DNA from: Candidatus Marinacidobacterium sp.
GTDB taxonomy: Bacteria; Acidobacteriota; Vicinamibacteria; Marinacidobacterales; Marinacidobacteraceae
NCBI GenBank assembly: GCA_965220965.1
Contig: OZ244852.1
Span: forward strand, 896,001-960,000
Direction of reading: 5' to 3'
DNA: 64,000 bases
Shown here one piece after another: positions 9,168 through 19,638 of the stretch (position 1 is its first letter; each line of letters starts with the position of its first letter). Under the pieces are notes generated by a model. That model was given only the letters and a program-made list of their open reading frames with translations, was not told the DNA's origin and made no database searches. Both the position numbers and the translations under genes were made by a program.

Positions 9168-10631
9168 TTAACCCGGTGTCCGCCGGCCCCGGTTCCCGAG
9201 CAGCGAGCCGCCGACCGCCACTGCGGCGTTCAGCAGCGCGCCCAGCAGGCCGGCGTGAAGACCGGCGATCCGGCCCATCCCGGCGAGGGTGAGGCCTCCG
9301 GCGAGGAGCGTTCCGAGGACGACGCCGGCCAGCGCCGCCCGGGAGTTCAGGCCGCGCCACGCGATGCCGAGCACGAAGACCGGGGCCGCCTGCGCCAGCA
9401 GCTCCATCTTGAGTTCCAGCAGGCCCCAGAGGCTGATCCGGGGCGTCACCGCGATGGCGACCAGCACCGCCATGATGGCCAGCGAGATGCGTTTCCCGAT
9501 CCGGGTCACGCGCTCTTCGGGCACGGCCGCTGACGCCCGTCGCCGCAGCGCCGGGGCGACGAAGTCCTTCGCCACCATCGAGGAGAGCGTCAGGAGCACC
9601 GAGTCCGCTGTCGACATGATCGCCGCGACCACGCCCACCACGGTGATGACCGAGAGCCCGAACATCCACGCCGATTCGTCGGCCCAGCCCCGCACCAGCG
9701 CCGGCAGCACCTGGTCGGCGGCGATCCCTTCGAGGCCGGCGAGCCGGGGCAGGGCGAGGATGCCGACCAGAAGCACCGGGAGCGTGGTGAGAAACGGCAG
9801 GAACGCCATGACCGACAGCGCCCGCCGCAGCGAGCGGGTCGAGCGCGCCGCGAAGATCCGCTGGATCGCGTGCGGGTAGACGGCCCCGGCGAACCCGATC
9901 AGGAGCACGGTGCTGGCCCAGCCGGCCTGCACCTCGCCGGACGGCCGGAGGGCCTTGGCCGGTTCGTTCTCGAGGATCCACCGGGTGGCGGCGCCGAGGT
10001 CGTCGCCGGTGAGGAAGGTGGCGGCCAGCAGGCCGATCAGCCCGACCGCGAGGAGGCCGCCCTGAAGGCAGTCCGTCCACGCCACCGCCCGCAGGCCGCC
10101 GAGGAGCTCATAGGCGAGGATGGCGGCGGCGAGGACGAGCACGCCGGCGGCGTAGGGGACCGCGCCCTCGGAGAGCCCGGAGACCACGTGGCCCATCGCC
10201 ATGAGCTGCGCGAGCAGGTAGTTCGCGATGGCCGCCGCCATGATGACGTTCGTGACCCGCGTCAGCCACGGATCCCCGAAGCGGTAATCCAGCCAGTCGG
10301 CCGGCGTCACGAAACCGCGCCGGTTCGCGTCGCGCCGCAGTCCGGGCGCGATCAGCAGGTAGACGACGACCACCGCGAGCATGAAGCCCACGCTCATGAC
10401 CCACGGGAAGCCCACCCGGTAGGCCTCCCCCGGATAGCCGACGAGCGTGTTCCCGCTGTACTGGGTCGCGTAGAGCGTGAACAGCAGGACGACCCCGCCG
10501 AGGCCGCGCCCCGCCAGATAGAAGTCGGCGAGCGACCCCGAAGCGCGCGCGGCGCGGGCGCGGAACCCGAGGAAGGCGAGGACGCCGATGTAGGCGGCGA
10601 GGCCGGCGATGACGGCGGCCGGGAAGCTCAT
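9168..10631 (-). CDS. Sodium:solute symporter (SSS) family transporter
   Basis: DFYLAGRGLG, ATQYSGNT, GGLRAVAWTD, AAIMSTADS; about 13 TM helices. Confidence 0.9.
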   Translation of the reverse strand: MSFPAAVIAGLAAYIGVLAFLGFRARAARASGSLADFYLAGRGLGGVVLLFTLYATQYSGNTLVGYPGEAYRVGFPWVMSVGFMLAVVVVYLLIAPGLRRDANRRGFVTPADWLDYRFGDPWLTRVTNVIMAAAIANYLLAQLMAMGHVVSGLSEGAVPYAAGVLVLAAAILAYELLGGLRAVAWTDCLQGGLLAVGLIGLLAATFLTGDDLGAATRWILENEPAKALRPSGEVQAGWASTVLLIGFAGAVYPHAIQRIFAARSTRSLRRALSVMAFLPFLTTLPVLLVGILALPRLAGLEGIAADQVLPALVRGWADESAWMFGLSVITVVGVVAAIMSTADSVLLTLSSMVAKDFVAPALRRRASAAVPEERVTRIGKRISLAIMAVLVAIAVTPRISLWGLLELKMELLAQAAPVFVLGIAWRGLNSRAALAGVVLGTLLAGGLTLAGMGRIAGLHAGLLGALLNAAVAVGGSLLGNRGRRTPG

Positions 10632-10879
10632 CGCGAGTCCGGGGACGACGGGTCGACGTCGTCCTCCAGGTCGTCATCGTCCCAGCGATGGAGGACGGCG
10701 AACGCGGTGAGGCAGCTCACGCCGAGGGTGGCGGCGAGGGCGATCACCGCCCACAGCGGCATCCCGAGGACGATGTCCGGACGTCCCGAACCCGCCCACC
10801 ACGGAATCGAGACGATGTAGAGCCCCGCTATGGCAAGAAGCAGCCACGGGTGGTCGAGTGGTTGGCGGCCGCCGGGCAC
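10628..10879 (-). CDS. Small two-TM membrane protein, probable SSS accessory subunit (DUF3311/DUF997-like)
   Basis: SIPWW...LGMPLW two-helix pattern, ATGA overlap with SSS gene; GTG start 6 nt after TATTGT. Confidence 0.65.
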   Translation of the reverse strand: MPGGRQPLDHPWLLLAIAGLYIVSIPWWAGSGRPDIVLGMPLWAVIALAATLGVSCLTAFAVLHRWDDDDLEDDVDPSSPDSR

Positions 10880-10969
10880 CCGGCGACAATATGCGAACCG
10901 GGCGCATCGCGGTCCGGGAGCGCCGCGCCCCGCGCGGCTTCGACGACGATCCGGGAGGTGACGCTCGCC

Positions 10970-12244
10970 ATGGGACATGACGACAGTCTGAGAGAGACAG
11001 GGAAACCGGCCGCTTCGCCGCGGATCGGGGCGCTCGTTCTGGCGGTCGCGGCGTCCGGCGCGGGAGTCGGAGCGGCCGCCGCCCAGGAAGTCGAGCTGGC
11101 GCTCACCGGCGGCTCGGTTCTGGATGTGCGCGCCGGGACGTTCTCCGAGGCGAATGTCCTCGTGGGCGGAGGACGGATCCTCGCGGTGGGATCCGACCCG
11201 GCGCCGGCGGGCGCCGAGGTCGTGGATGTGAGCGGGAAGTTCGTTCTCCCGGGCTTCATCGACGCCCACACCCACGCCGACGAACTCTCCCAGGTCCGCC
11301 GTGCGCTCGAGTCCGGGGTCACCACGATGCGAAGCGCGAGTGTGGGCTCCTACCGCGACGTGGCGATCGGGCGCATGGTGAGCGAAGGACACCTCGCCGG
11401 CCCGGACTATCTGGGGGCCGGGATCTTCGTGACGCCGAACATCGGGGAGGGACGCCTCGCCTCAGAGAGCCTGTTCGGGATGACCGGAGATCTCGCCAGC
11501 GAGGAGGACCTCCGGATGCTGGTGCGGGTGAACGCCGAGAACGGGGTCCGGGCGGTGAAGACCCGGGCCACCGAGCGGGCGGGGCTGCCCGACACCGATC
11601 CGAGGAAGCAGGTCTTCACCGAAGGCCAGTTGCGCGCCATCGTCGAGGAAGCGGCGGCGCTCGGCCTTCCGGTGCTGTGCCACGCGCACGGCGACGAAGG
11701 GGCCCGGGCCGCGGTTCTGGCCGGGGTCGCGAGCATCGAGCACGGGACGTTCCTGACCCGCGAGACGCTCCAGCTAATGGCCGAGCGGGGGACGGCGCTC
11801 GTTCCCACCTACACCACGCTGATCGACCTCGACGAGCCGGGGGGCGACTACGACCATCCGGTGCTGACGCTGCGCGCCGACTTCATGGTCCCGAGGATGG
11901 AGGAGACGATCCGCATGGCGCTCGAGCTCGGAGTCCGCATCATCGCCGGCAGCGACACGAGTTACGGGCCCGAGAGCGTGAGCCGGGTCGGCGTCGAGGT
12001 GGCCAACTTCGTGAAGCTGGGGATGTCCGCGGAGGAGGCGATCCGGGGAGGCACGGTCTACACGGCGGAGCTGCTGCGGGTGGAGGACGAGACCGGAACG
12101 ATCGAGGTCGGCAAGGAGGCCGATCTCATGGTCCTGGCGGAGAACCCGCTCGAGAGCATCGACGCGATCCAGGATGTCGTCGCGGTCGTGAGCAACGGGA
12201 TCCTCGCGGTCAACCGGCTGCCCTTCGCGATCCCGGAGGAGTGA
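10970..12244 (+). CDS. Exported metal-dependent amidohydrolase
   Basis: PGFIDAHTH, CHAHG, SIEHG, AGSD, GKEADL; signal peptide; GGAGGT RBS. Confidence 0.88.
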   Translation: MGHDDSLRETGKPAASPRIGALVLAVAASGAGVGAAAAQEVELALTGGSVLDVRAGTFSEANVLVGGGRILAVGSDPAPAGAEVVDVSGKFVLPGFIDAHTHADELSQVRRALESGVTTMRSASVGSYRDVAIGRMVSEGHLAGPDYLGAGIFVTPNIGEGRLASESLFGMTGDLASEEDLRMLVRVNAENGVRAVKTRATERAGLPDTDPRKQVFTEGQLRAIVEEAAALGLPVLCHAHGDEGARAAVLAGVASIEHGTFLTRETLQLMAERGTALVPTYTTLIDLDEPGGDYDHPVLTLRADFMVPRMEETIRMALELGVRIIAGSDTSYGPESVSRVGVEVANFVKLGMSAEEAIRGGTVYTAELLRVEDETGTIEVGKEADLMVLAENPLESIDAIQDVVAVVSNGILAVNRLPFAIPEE

Positions 12245-12286
12245 TCCGCCAGGCTCGTCCGGTCCGCGAAAACTAGAATCGCGGCG

Positions 12287-13453
12287 TTGTCCGAAAACGG
12301 TTCCATTCCGGCGCGGGACACCGGCGCCCAGGCCGAGATCCGCCGCGCCATCCGCGAATTCGCCGCCACCGAGGTTCTCCCTCACGCCGCGCGCTGGGAC
12401 GAGGAGGAGAGCTTTCCCCGGGACGCCGTCCGGCAGTTGGGCGAGCTGGGCTTCCTCGGGCCGATCTTCCCCAAGCGCTACGGCGGCGCCGGGCTCCGCT
12501 ATGCGGAATACGCCGTCCTGATCGAGGAGCTCGCCCGCGCCGACGCCTCGCTCGCCATCACCGTCGCCGCGCACGTATCGCTCGCCGCGAACCACATCTA
12601 CGAGCAGGGGACCGAGGCGCAGCGCCAGAAGTTCCTGGTTCCGCTCGCCCGGGGAACCGCGCTCGGCGCGTGGAGCCTGACCGAGCCGGGGGCCGGCAGC
12701 GACGCCGGCGGAACCCGGACGACCGCGGTGCGCGACGGGGACTCGTGGGTCCTGAACGGGAGCAAGACGTTCACCACGAACGGTTCCGAGGCCGACATCG
12801 CGATCTGCATGGCCTCCACCGACCCGGAGGCGCGGACCCGGGGGATTTCGGCGTTCATCGTCGAGCGGGGGACCCCGGGGTTCCGTCCCGGCCGCAAGGA
12901 GAAAAAGCTCGGACATCGCGCTTCCGACACCTCGGAAATGGTGTTCGAGGACTGCCGGGTGCCGGCGGACAACCTTCTCGGCGAGTTGGGCGCGGGTTTC
13001 CCCGGCGCCATGAAGATCCTCGACGGGGGCCGGATCAGCATCGCGGCGCTCTCGCTCGGGATCGCCGAGGCCGCCTTCGAGTGCGCGGTGGACTACGCCG
13101 GGAAGCGGCGCCAGTTCAACCGCCCGATCGGCGACTTCCAGGGCGTGAGCTTCCCGATCGCCGACTCGAAAGTCGAGATCGAGGCCTCCCGGCTGCTGAT
13201 CCAGCGCGCCGCCGCGCTCAAGGACGGGGGGCGGACCACGACGTCGGAGTCGGCGATGGCCAAGCTCTACGCCAGCGAGACCGCGGTGCGGGTCACCGAC
13301 CGGGCGCTCCAGGTCCTGGGCGGCTACGGATACACCCGGTCCTACCCGGTCGAGCGGTACTTCCGGGACGCCCGGCTCATGCCCATCGGGGAGGGCACCT
13401 CGGAGGTCCAGCGACTCATCATCGGCCGGGCGCTCCTCGGTGGGAACGGCTGA
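12287..13453 (+). CDS. Acyl-CoA dehydrogenase
   Basis: [55 protein letters not shown]. Confidence 0.95.
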   Translation: MSENGSIPARDTGAQAEIRRAIREFAATEVLPHAARWDEEESFPRDAVRQLGELGFLGPIFPKRYGGAGLRYAEYAVLIEELARADASLAITVAAHVSLAANHIYEQGTEAQRQKFLVPLARGTALGAWSLTEPGAGSDAGGTRTTAVRDGDSWVLNGSKTFTTNGSEADIAICMASTDPEARTRGISAFIVERGTPGFRPGRKEKKLGHRASDTSEMVFEDCRVPADNLLGELGAGFPGAMKILDGGRISIAALSLGIAEAAFECAVDYAGKRRQFNRPIGDFQGVSFPIADSKVEIEASRLLIQRAAALKDGGRTTTSESAMAKLYASETAVRVTDRALQVLGGYGYTRSYPVERYFRDARLMPIGEGTSEVQRLIIGRALLGGNG

Positions 13454-13478
13454 CCCTGCCGGACCGGCGGGGGGTGGC

Positions 13479-14774
13479 GTGACTCGGTCTCCGGGTTCCG
13501 CCGGTGGCGAAGCGGGACTTCCCGACGGCGTTCGCGCCGGCGACCCGCGGGCGCTCGCACGGGCCATCACCGCGGTGGAGCGCGGCGAGCCCGGGATCCT
13601 CGAGGCGCTGCGCCGGGAAGCGTGGCCGGAGGCGGCCCGGGTCGTGGCGCTCACCGGGCCTCCCGGCGTCGGCAAGAGCGTCCTCGCGAACGCGCTGGGA
13701 CGCGAGCTGGCGGCGGGGGCGGATCCCGGGGCCGTCGGCATCGTGGCGGTCGACCCGACGAGTCCGCGCAGCGGGGGCGCCCTTCTCGGCGACCGGGTAC
13801 GGGTCCTTGGCGACGACGGAAGCCTGTTCTTCCGCAGTATGGCGGCCCGCGGGGCCGACGGCGGCCTCGCCCCCGGCCTCGAGGCGGTGCTCCACCTGGT
13901 GGCGCTCTCCGGTCGGAAGCGGATCCTGGTCGAGACGGTGGGCGCGGGGCAGGGAGAGCACGCGGTGACCCGGCTCGCGGATCTGACGGTGGCGGTGCTG
14001 GCGCCGGGGCTGGGGGACGCCGTTCAGGCGGCGAAAGCGGGGCTCTTCGAGGTCTCCGACCTCGTCGTGGTGAACCAGGCGGACCGGCCCGGCGCCGAGG
14101 CCACGGCGGCGCTGTGGCGGGCGACCCGCGGGGCCGGGGAGGGGCCGGTTCTCCTGGTGTCCGGGAAAGAGGGGACCGGGGTGGCGGACCTGGCGGCGGA
14201 GATCGACCGCGGTCTTGCCGACCGAAGCGGGGCGGACCGGAGTCGGGCCGACCGCGACCGGCCGGGTGGTCCTCAGGGTGCTCCTTCGGACGAGGATCGA
14301 TCCCGGCTGGATCGCCTCCGTGAGGCGCTGGGCGCGACCCGGCTCGACCACGTCGGGATCGCGGTGCGCGACGGCGACGCCTCGGCCGAGCTCTGGCGTT
14401 CGCTTCTCGGTCTCAGGGAGGTCTCGCGTCACCGCGTCGACGAGTTCGGCGTCCTCGCGCTCTTCCTGCGCCCGGGCGGTCCTGCCGGGGCGCCCGCCAG
14501 CGGTCTCCTCGAGCTCGTGCAGCCCACCGCGCCGGGGACCGTCACCCGCTTCCTCGAGCGGCGGGGAGAAGGGCTCCATCACGTCTGTTTCGAGGTTCCG
14601 GATATCCACGCAGCGCTCGCCGGCCTCGCCGCCGCCGGAGTCCGGCTGGTGGACGAGACGCCGCGACGGGGCGCCGGGGACCATCTGGTGGCCTTCGTCC
14701 ATCCGGCCTCCACCGGGGGCGTGCTGCTCGAGCTGAAACAGGCCGAGCCGGTCGCCGCCCCGAATGGGGGGTAG
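13479..14774 (+). CDS. MeaB/ArgK GTPase fused to methylmalonyl-CoA epimerase (VOC fold)
   Basis: N-half: TGPPGVGKS, VDPTSPRSGGALLGDRVR, FFRSMAARG, ETVGAGQ. C-half: LDHVGIAV, GLHHVCFEV, FVHPASTGGVLLEL. Start uncertain (13440 or 13479). Confidence 0.85.
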   Translation: MTRSPGSAGGEAGLPDGVRAGDPRALARAITAVERGEPGILEALRREAWPEAARVVALTGPPGVGKSVLANALGRELAAGADPGAVGIVAVDPTSPRSGGALLGDRVRVLGDDGSLFFRSMAARGADGGLAPGLEAVLHLVALSGRKRILVETVGAGQGEHAVTRLADLTVAVLAPGLGDAVQAAKAGLFEVSDLVVVNQADRPGAEATAALWRATRGAGEGPVLLVSGKEGTGVADLAAEIDRGLADRSGADRSRADRDRPGGPQGAPSDEDRSRLDRLREALGATRLDHVGIAVRDGDASAELWRSLLGLREVSRHRVDEFGVLALFLRPGGPAGAPASGLLELVQPTAPGTVTRFLERRGEGLHHVCFEVPDIHAALAGLAAAGVRLVDETPRRGAGDHLVAFVHPASTGGVLLELKQAEPVAAPNGG

Positions 14775-14784
14775 TCTCACTGCG

Positions 14785-15507
14785 ATGACGGTTCGGGTTC
14801 TGGTCGCCTCGGTGGCGGGCGGCTACGGCGTCGGGCTGGGGCTGGCCGCGCTCGGCGCGCCGGGCGCGATGGGGATCCTCCCGGCGCTGCTGGTCGTTCC
14901 GGCGGTGTGGCTGCTGTGGACCCGACTCGCGGCCGGCGACCGGACGGGGGCGGTTCGCTGGATGCTCGGCTGGGCGGCGTCGCTCGCCGCGCTCGGCCCG
15001 GTGGCGATGGCGCTCGCGCCCGAGGCCGCCGCGGCCGCGGTGTTTCAGGGGGTCGAGTACCGGGACGCGATGCTGGCGTGGATTGCGACCGGGGAGGGAG
15101 CGGAAGGCGACATTCGCCAGTTCCTCCCGGTGCATCTCCAGCGGGTGGCGCTCTTCATCCCGCTCTCGCTGGCGAGCGGCGGCGCGCTGGGTCTGCTCAT
15201 GGGCGCGGTCCTGCTGAACTTCATGGACTTCTTCGTGGCGTCCTTCGCCATGGCGTCCTCCGGCGTCCCGGCGGCGCTCGCGTGGTTCCCGTGGTCGCTG
15301 CTCCGGGTGGCGGCCTTTGCGATCCTCGGGGTGGTCACCGCGGAACCGCTGGCGCGCCGGCTGATGAAGGCGTCGGGCCCGGTTCCGCCGGGACGCGGAC
15401 GCCTGATCGGCATCGCCGCCGGACTGCTCGCCGCCGATGTGGCGCTCAAGGCCGCGCTGGCCCCGATGTGGGGGCGCTTTCTGGCCGGCTATCTCATTCC
15501 GGCCTGA
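14785..15507 (+). CDS. Hypothetical multi-pass membrane protein
   Basis: About 7 hydrophobic segments, follows the operon; start 14764 or 14785. Confidence 0.6.
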   Translation: MTVRVLVASVAGGYGVGLGLAALGAPGAMGILPALLVVPAVWLLWTRLAAGDRTGAVRWMLGWAASLAALGPVAMALAPEAAAAAVFQGVEYRDAMLAWIATGEGAEGDIRQFLPVHLQRVALFIPLSLASGGALGLLMGAVLLNFMDFFVASFAMASSGVPAALAWFPWSLLRVAAFAILGVVTAEPLARRLMKASGPVPPGRGRLIGIAAGLLAADVALKAALAPMWGRFLAGYLIPA

Positions 15508-15527
15508 GGGCTGCGAACCCGGCGCGG

Positions 15528-15602
15528 TGGTGGGCGATGCAGGATTTGAACCTGCGACTTCTACCGTGTGAAGGTAGCACTCTGCCGCTGAGTTAATCGC
15601 CC
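15528..15602 (-). tRNA. tRNA-Val(CAC) with encoded CCA
   Basis: Reverse complement GGGCGATTAACTCAGCGGCAGAGTGCTACCTTCACACGGTAGAAGTCGCAGGTTCAAATCCTGCATCGCCCACCA folds as a cloverleaf; anticodon CAC; TAGAAT box upstream. Confidence 0.97.
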
Positions 15603-15685
15603 GTTCGCCGGGCGGCGGATTCTATCGGCGCGCCCGGGACATCGCGCCAGACAGCGCAGGCTTCGCCGGTGGGCGCCCGTCCGGT

Positions 15686-17101
15686 TCAGGCGACCTCGAT
15701 CTTCATCATGTTCGTGGCGCCGCTGAGCTGCACCGTCCCGCACACCAGGACGACGCGGTCGCCAGCCTGGATCCGGCCTTCCTTCCGGAGCGTGTCGAGC
15801 GAGGCGCTCAGCATGGCGTCCGTAGTCCGGAATCGCCGGCCGCGCATGGGTCGAACGCCCCACCGCAGCGCGAGGCGCCGGTAGACCGCGTCCGAAGGGG
15901 TGAACCCGAAGATCCCGCAGGGCGGGCGGAGGCGGCTCACCTGGCGGACGGTGGCGCCCGAGTCGGTGAACGCGACGATGTGGGAGGCCTGGATCGTGGC
16001 CGCCGCCTGCCGGGCGGCCGCCGCCACCGCGTGCTCCACCCGGCTGGTGTCGATGAGCGCCTCCATCCCGGTCGGGTCCGGGAAGGCGGCGTTCCGTTCG
16101 GTGAAGGAGACGATCCTCTCCATCGTCTGCACCGCTTCCATCGGGTAACTCCCCACCGAGGTCTCGCCGGACAGCATCACCGCGTCGCTGCCGTCGAGCA
16201 CCGCGTTCGCCACATCGGACGCCTCGGCGCGGGTGGGGAGCGGATGGTGGATCATCGACTCGAGCATCTGCGTCGCGGTGATCGCGATCCGGCCCCGCTG
16301 GTTCGCCTCCCGGATCACCTGCTTCTGGATGACCGGGACCCGCTCGGCGGAGGTCTCGACTCCCAGATCCCCGCGGGCCACCATGACGCCGTCGGCGGTC
16401 TGCAGGATGCCGGTCAGATCGTCGAGCGCCTCGGGCCGCTCCAGTTTGGCGATGACCGGAAGGTCGCCGCGGCCAAGCTCGCGCAGGACGGTCCGCACCC
16501 GTTCGATGTCCTTCCGGTCGCGCACGAACGAGACGGCCAGGAAGTCCACGCCGGCCGCCACCGAGGCCTCCAGGTCGGCGCGGTCCTTGTCGGTGAAGGA
16601 AGGGCCCGAAAGCGGCACGCCGGGAAGGTTGAGTCCCTTGCGCGACTTGAGAAGCCCCCCGACTACGACTTCGGTCTCGACGTCCTCGCCACGGAGTCCG
16701 ACGACGCGCAGCCCGAGCAGGCCGTCGTCGATGAGGATCGAGTCGCCCGGGCGAACGTCCTGCGCCAGCCGGGCGTAGGTCGTGGAAACCCGCCCGGGAC
16801 CGCCTTCGATCTCCTCCGGGGTCAGGACGAGGGTCTGCCCTGGCGTCAGCTCGACGCCCTCTCCCGGCACGATCCCGGTGCGCATCTTGGGACCGGCCAG
16901 ATCGGCCACGGTGGCGACGGCCCGGCCCTGCTTGCGGGAGGCGCGGCGCACCGCGCGGACCCGGGCCGCCAGCGAGGCGGCGCTCTCGTGGGCGCAGTTC
17001 AGCCGGGCGGCGTCCATTCCGGCGGCGACCAGATGTTCGACCCGCTCCGCGGTCCGGGTGGCGGGACCGAGGGTGGCGATGATCTTGGCCCGGCGCGTCA
17101 T
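15686..17101 (-). CDS. pyk: Pyruvate kinase
   Basis: KIIATLGP, DLAGPKMR, IAKLE, VMVARGDLGVE, ATQMLESM, PTRAE, MLSGET. Confidence 0.97.
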   Translation of the reverse strand: MTRRAKIIATLGPATRTAERVEHLVAAGMDAARLNCAHESAASLAARVRAVRRASRKQGRAVATVADLAGPKMRTGIVPGEGVELTPGQTLVLTPEEIEGGPGRVSTTYARLAQDVRPGDSILIDDGLLGLRVVGLRGEDVETEVVVGGLLKSRKGLNLPGVPLSGPSFTDKDRADLEASVAAGVDFLAVSFVRDRKDIERVRTVLRELGRGDLPVIAKLERPEALDDLTGILQTADGVMVARGDLGVETSAERVPVIQKQVIREANQRGRIAITATQMLESMIHHPLPTRAEASDVANAVLDGSDAVMLSGETSVGSYPMEAVQTMERIVSFTERNAAFPDPTGMEALIDTSRVEHAVAAAARQAAATIQASHIVAFTDSGATVRQVSRLRPPCGIFGFTPSDAVYRRLALRWGVRPMRGRRFRTTDAMLSASLDTLRKEGRIQAGDRVVLVCGTVQLSGATNMMKIEVA

Positions 17102-17886
17102 GCGGCCTCTCCGGCGCCAGCGGGACCGTCTCCAGCCTTCCGCGCGCGTGCGGGCAGCGCCGGATGGAACACCGTCGCGAGGATCTTCACGCTGGCCAGG
17201 AACGACCCCGCGAACGTGCCGGAGACCTTCGAGCGTCCCTCGACCCGCTTCCGGCAGGTGACCGCCACCTCGGCGGACCGAACGCCCTGCGAGGCGGCCC
17301 GGACCTGCATCTCGGCGGTCCAGCCGAAGTCCGGATCCCGCATCCCCAGCGCGCCGAGCGTGTCCCACCGGACCGCGCGGAACGGTCCGAGGTCGGTGAA
17401 GCGGTATCCGCTCCGCACACGGATGACGAAGGCGGCGAACCGGCTCCCGAGGCGCGCGTGGAGCGGCCAGGCGCCCGGCTCGGCGCGGCCGCGGACCCGG
17501 GAGCCGATGGACAGGTCCGCGTCCCCGGCCCGGATCGGCGCGAGCAGGCGGGGCAGCTCCGCCGGGTCCGAACTGCCATCGGCGTCGAGGAAAACGACGG
17601 CGTCGGGGGCATCGTCCGCGGGCCGCCGGGTCAGATGGGCGATGCCCGCGAGACAGGCGCGCCCATAGCCGCGGCGCGGCTCGGCGACCACGGTGGCGCC
17701 ATGGTCCCGGGCGACATCCGCAGTCCCGTCGCGCGAGCCGTTGTCCACGACGACGACTTCGTGGATGGCGCCGGCGGACGAACCGGCGAGCGAGGAGAGA
17801 ACGGCGCCGATCGCGCCTTCCTCATCCCGAGCCGGCAGGACCGCGGCCGCGGTGAACCGCTCCGCGCCTTCGGGTTCCCCGCGCAC
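17098..17886 (-). CDS. Glycosyltransferase family 2
   Basis: VLPARDEE, VVDNGSRDGT, GYGRAC, FLDADG, TDLGPFRA, GWTAEMQ. Confidence 0.9.
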   Translation of the reverse strand: MRGEPEGAERFTAAAVLPARDEEGAIGAVLSSLAGSSAGAIHEVVVVDNGSRDGTADVARDHGATVVAEPRRGYGRACLAGIAHLTRRPADDAPDAVVFLDADGSSDPAELPRLLAPIRAGDADLSIGSRVRGRAEPGAWPLHARLGSRFAAFVIRVRSGYRFTDLGPFRAVRWDTLGALGMRDPDFGWTAEMQVRAASQGVRSAEVAVTCRKRVEGRSKVSGTFAGSFLASVKILATVFHPALPARARKAGDGPAGAGEAA

Positions 17887-17975
17887 GGGAAAGCAGTATA
17901 GGCCCCCCGCGGGATGCCCCGGGTCGCGGGCGATAATGGAGGCTGCGCGGCCGCGACCGGCGGCCCCTCACCATC

Positions 17976-19544
17976 GTGACTGCGGAACCAGCGAACGCCG
18001 GGCGGCGGAGGCTGCCGATCGGCATCCAGACCTTCCGCGAGATCCGCGAAGACGGGCACTATTACGTTGACAAGACCCCGTTCATCGAACGGCTGGTCGG
18101 TGGCGGGAAGCACTACTTCCTCTCGCGTCCCCGCCGTTTCGGCAAGAGCCTGCTCCTCGACACGATCAAGGAGCTGTTCGAGGGGAACGAACCGCTCTTC
18201 CGGGGGCTGGCCATCCACGACCGTTGGGACTGGTCCACGCCGTATCCGGTGGTCCGGCTGAGCTTCGGAGCCGGTCACTTCCGGGTTCCTGAACGACTTG
18301 AGGCCAGGACCGGGGAGCAACTCGCGGCGCTCCAGGCCGCCTGGGGCGTCTCGTTCTCGGGCGCCACCGCTGAGGGCGCTCTAACTCACCTCCTGGAGTC
18401 GCTGCATTCGGCGACCGGCCGGAGGGTCGTCGTGCTGGTGGACGAGTACGACAAGCCGATCCTCGATGCGCTTCGGGATCCGGAGGTTGCGCGGGCGAAC
18501 CGGGACTTCCTGCGGGGGCTCTATGGAGTCATCAAGGATTCGGACGCCCACATCCGCTTCACCCTGCTCACCGGGGTGAGCAAGTTCTCGAAGGTGAACC
18601 TGTTCTCCGGACTGAACAACCTGCTGGACATCACGCTCGAGCCGGAGTTCTCGTCGATCTGCGGCTACACCGAGGCCGATCTGGACGCCGTGTTCGCCCC
18701 GGAGCTGCCGGGGCTCGGCCGCGAAGCGATCCGGGACTGGTACAACGGCTACAACTGGCTCGGCCACGAGAGCGTGTACAACCCGTTTGGCGTGCTGCTG
18801 CTGTTCCGGCGACGCAGGTTCGCGGCGTACTGGTTCGAGACCGCGACGCCGAGGTTTCTGGTGGACACGCTGATGGAGCGCGGGGCGCCGGCCTTCCGGC
18901 TCGACGGGCTGGTGGCGAGCGAGGCGCTCCTTTCATCGTTCGAGGTGGAGGACATCGCCCCGGAGGCGCTGCTCTTCCAGGCCGGGTACCTGACGATCCG
19001 CGAAGCGGAGGACCTCGAGGGGGAGATGTCCTACCGGCTGGGATTCCCCAACCGGGAGGTGCGGCAGAGTCTGAACCGCTGGCTGCTGGGCCGGCTGGCG
19101 AGCGATTCCGCGGGGTGGCCGAAGCGGCGCCCGAGGCTGATGGAGTCGCTCCGGAAGGGCGACTTCGCCGGCCTGGAGCGCGAGTTCCGGTCGCTCTTCG
19201 CGGGCATACCGACCGAGTGGCATACCCGGAACGAGATCGCCCGCTATGAGGGGTATTACGCCAGTGTCTTCTACGCGTGTCTGGCGGCGCTCGGGATGGA
19301 TGTCCGGGTGGAGGACAGCTCGGCGGCGGGCCGGCTGGACCTGGCGCTGCTCCACGGCGGCCAGGTCGTCCTGTTCGAGTTCAAGGTCGTCGAACGCGCC
19401 GGCGACGGCGCCGCGCTTCGTCAGCTTCAGGAGCGGGGGTATGCGGAGAAGTACCGGGCGCGGGGAGAGCCGATCCACCTCGTGGGGGTGGAGTTCAGCG
19501 AGAAGACGCGGAACCTGAGCGGGTTCGACGTGGCGACCGGCTGA
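17976..19544 (+). CDS. AAA-ATPase-like protein with C-terminal PD-(D/E)XK nuclease domain
   Basis: LPIGIQTF..IRE..YYVDKT, RPRRFGKS, VLVDEYDKP, YNPF, YWFET, GFPNREV; nuclease GRLDL...FEFK. Confidence 0.9.
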   Translation: MTAEPANAGRRRLPIGIQTFREIREDGHYYVDKTPFIERLVGGGKHYFLSRPRRFGKSLLLDTIKELFEGNEPLFRGLAIHDRWDWSTPYPVVRLSFGAGHFRVPERLEARTGEQLAALQAAWGVSFSGATAEGALTHLLESLHSATGRRVVVLVDEYDKPILDALRDPEVARANRDFLRGLYGVIKDSDAHIRFTLLTGVSKFSKVNLFSGLNNLLDITLEPEFSSICGYTEADLDAVFAPELPGLGREAIRDWYNGYNWLGHESVYNPFGVLLLFRRRRFAAYWFETATPRFLVDTLMERGAPAFRLDGLVASEALLSSFEVEDIAPEALLFQAGYLTIREAEDLEGEMSYRLGFPNREVRQSLNRWLLGRLASDSAGWPKRRPRLMESLRKGDFAGLEREFRSLFAGIPTEWHTRNEIARYEGYYASVFYACLAALGMDVRVEDSSAAGRLDLALLHGGQVVLFEFKVVERAGDGAALRQLQERGYAEKYRARGEPIHLVGVEFSEKTRNLSGFDVATG

Positions 19545-19638
19545 GCCGGATCTCGGTAGCCGGTTCTCCATAACGGGCGGCGGGGGCCGCCCGCCGACTG
19601 CCTGAGGCGCAGGGAGCCCCCGGTATGCTTCCGCCCGC

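Noticed and set aside
15500-15690. tRNA-anchored genomic island or prophage
   Set aside because: No integrase, no duplicated tRNA 3' end seen, and the flanks are housekeeping genes.
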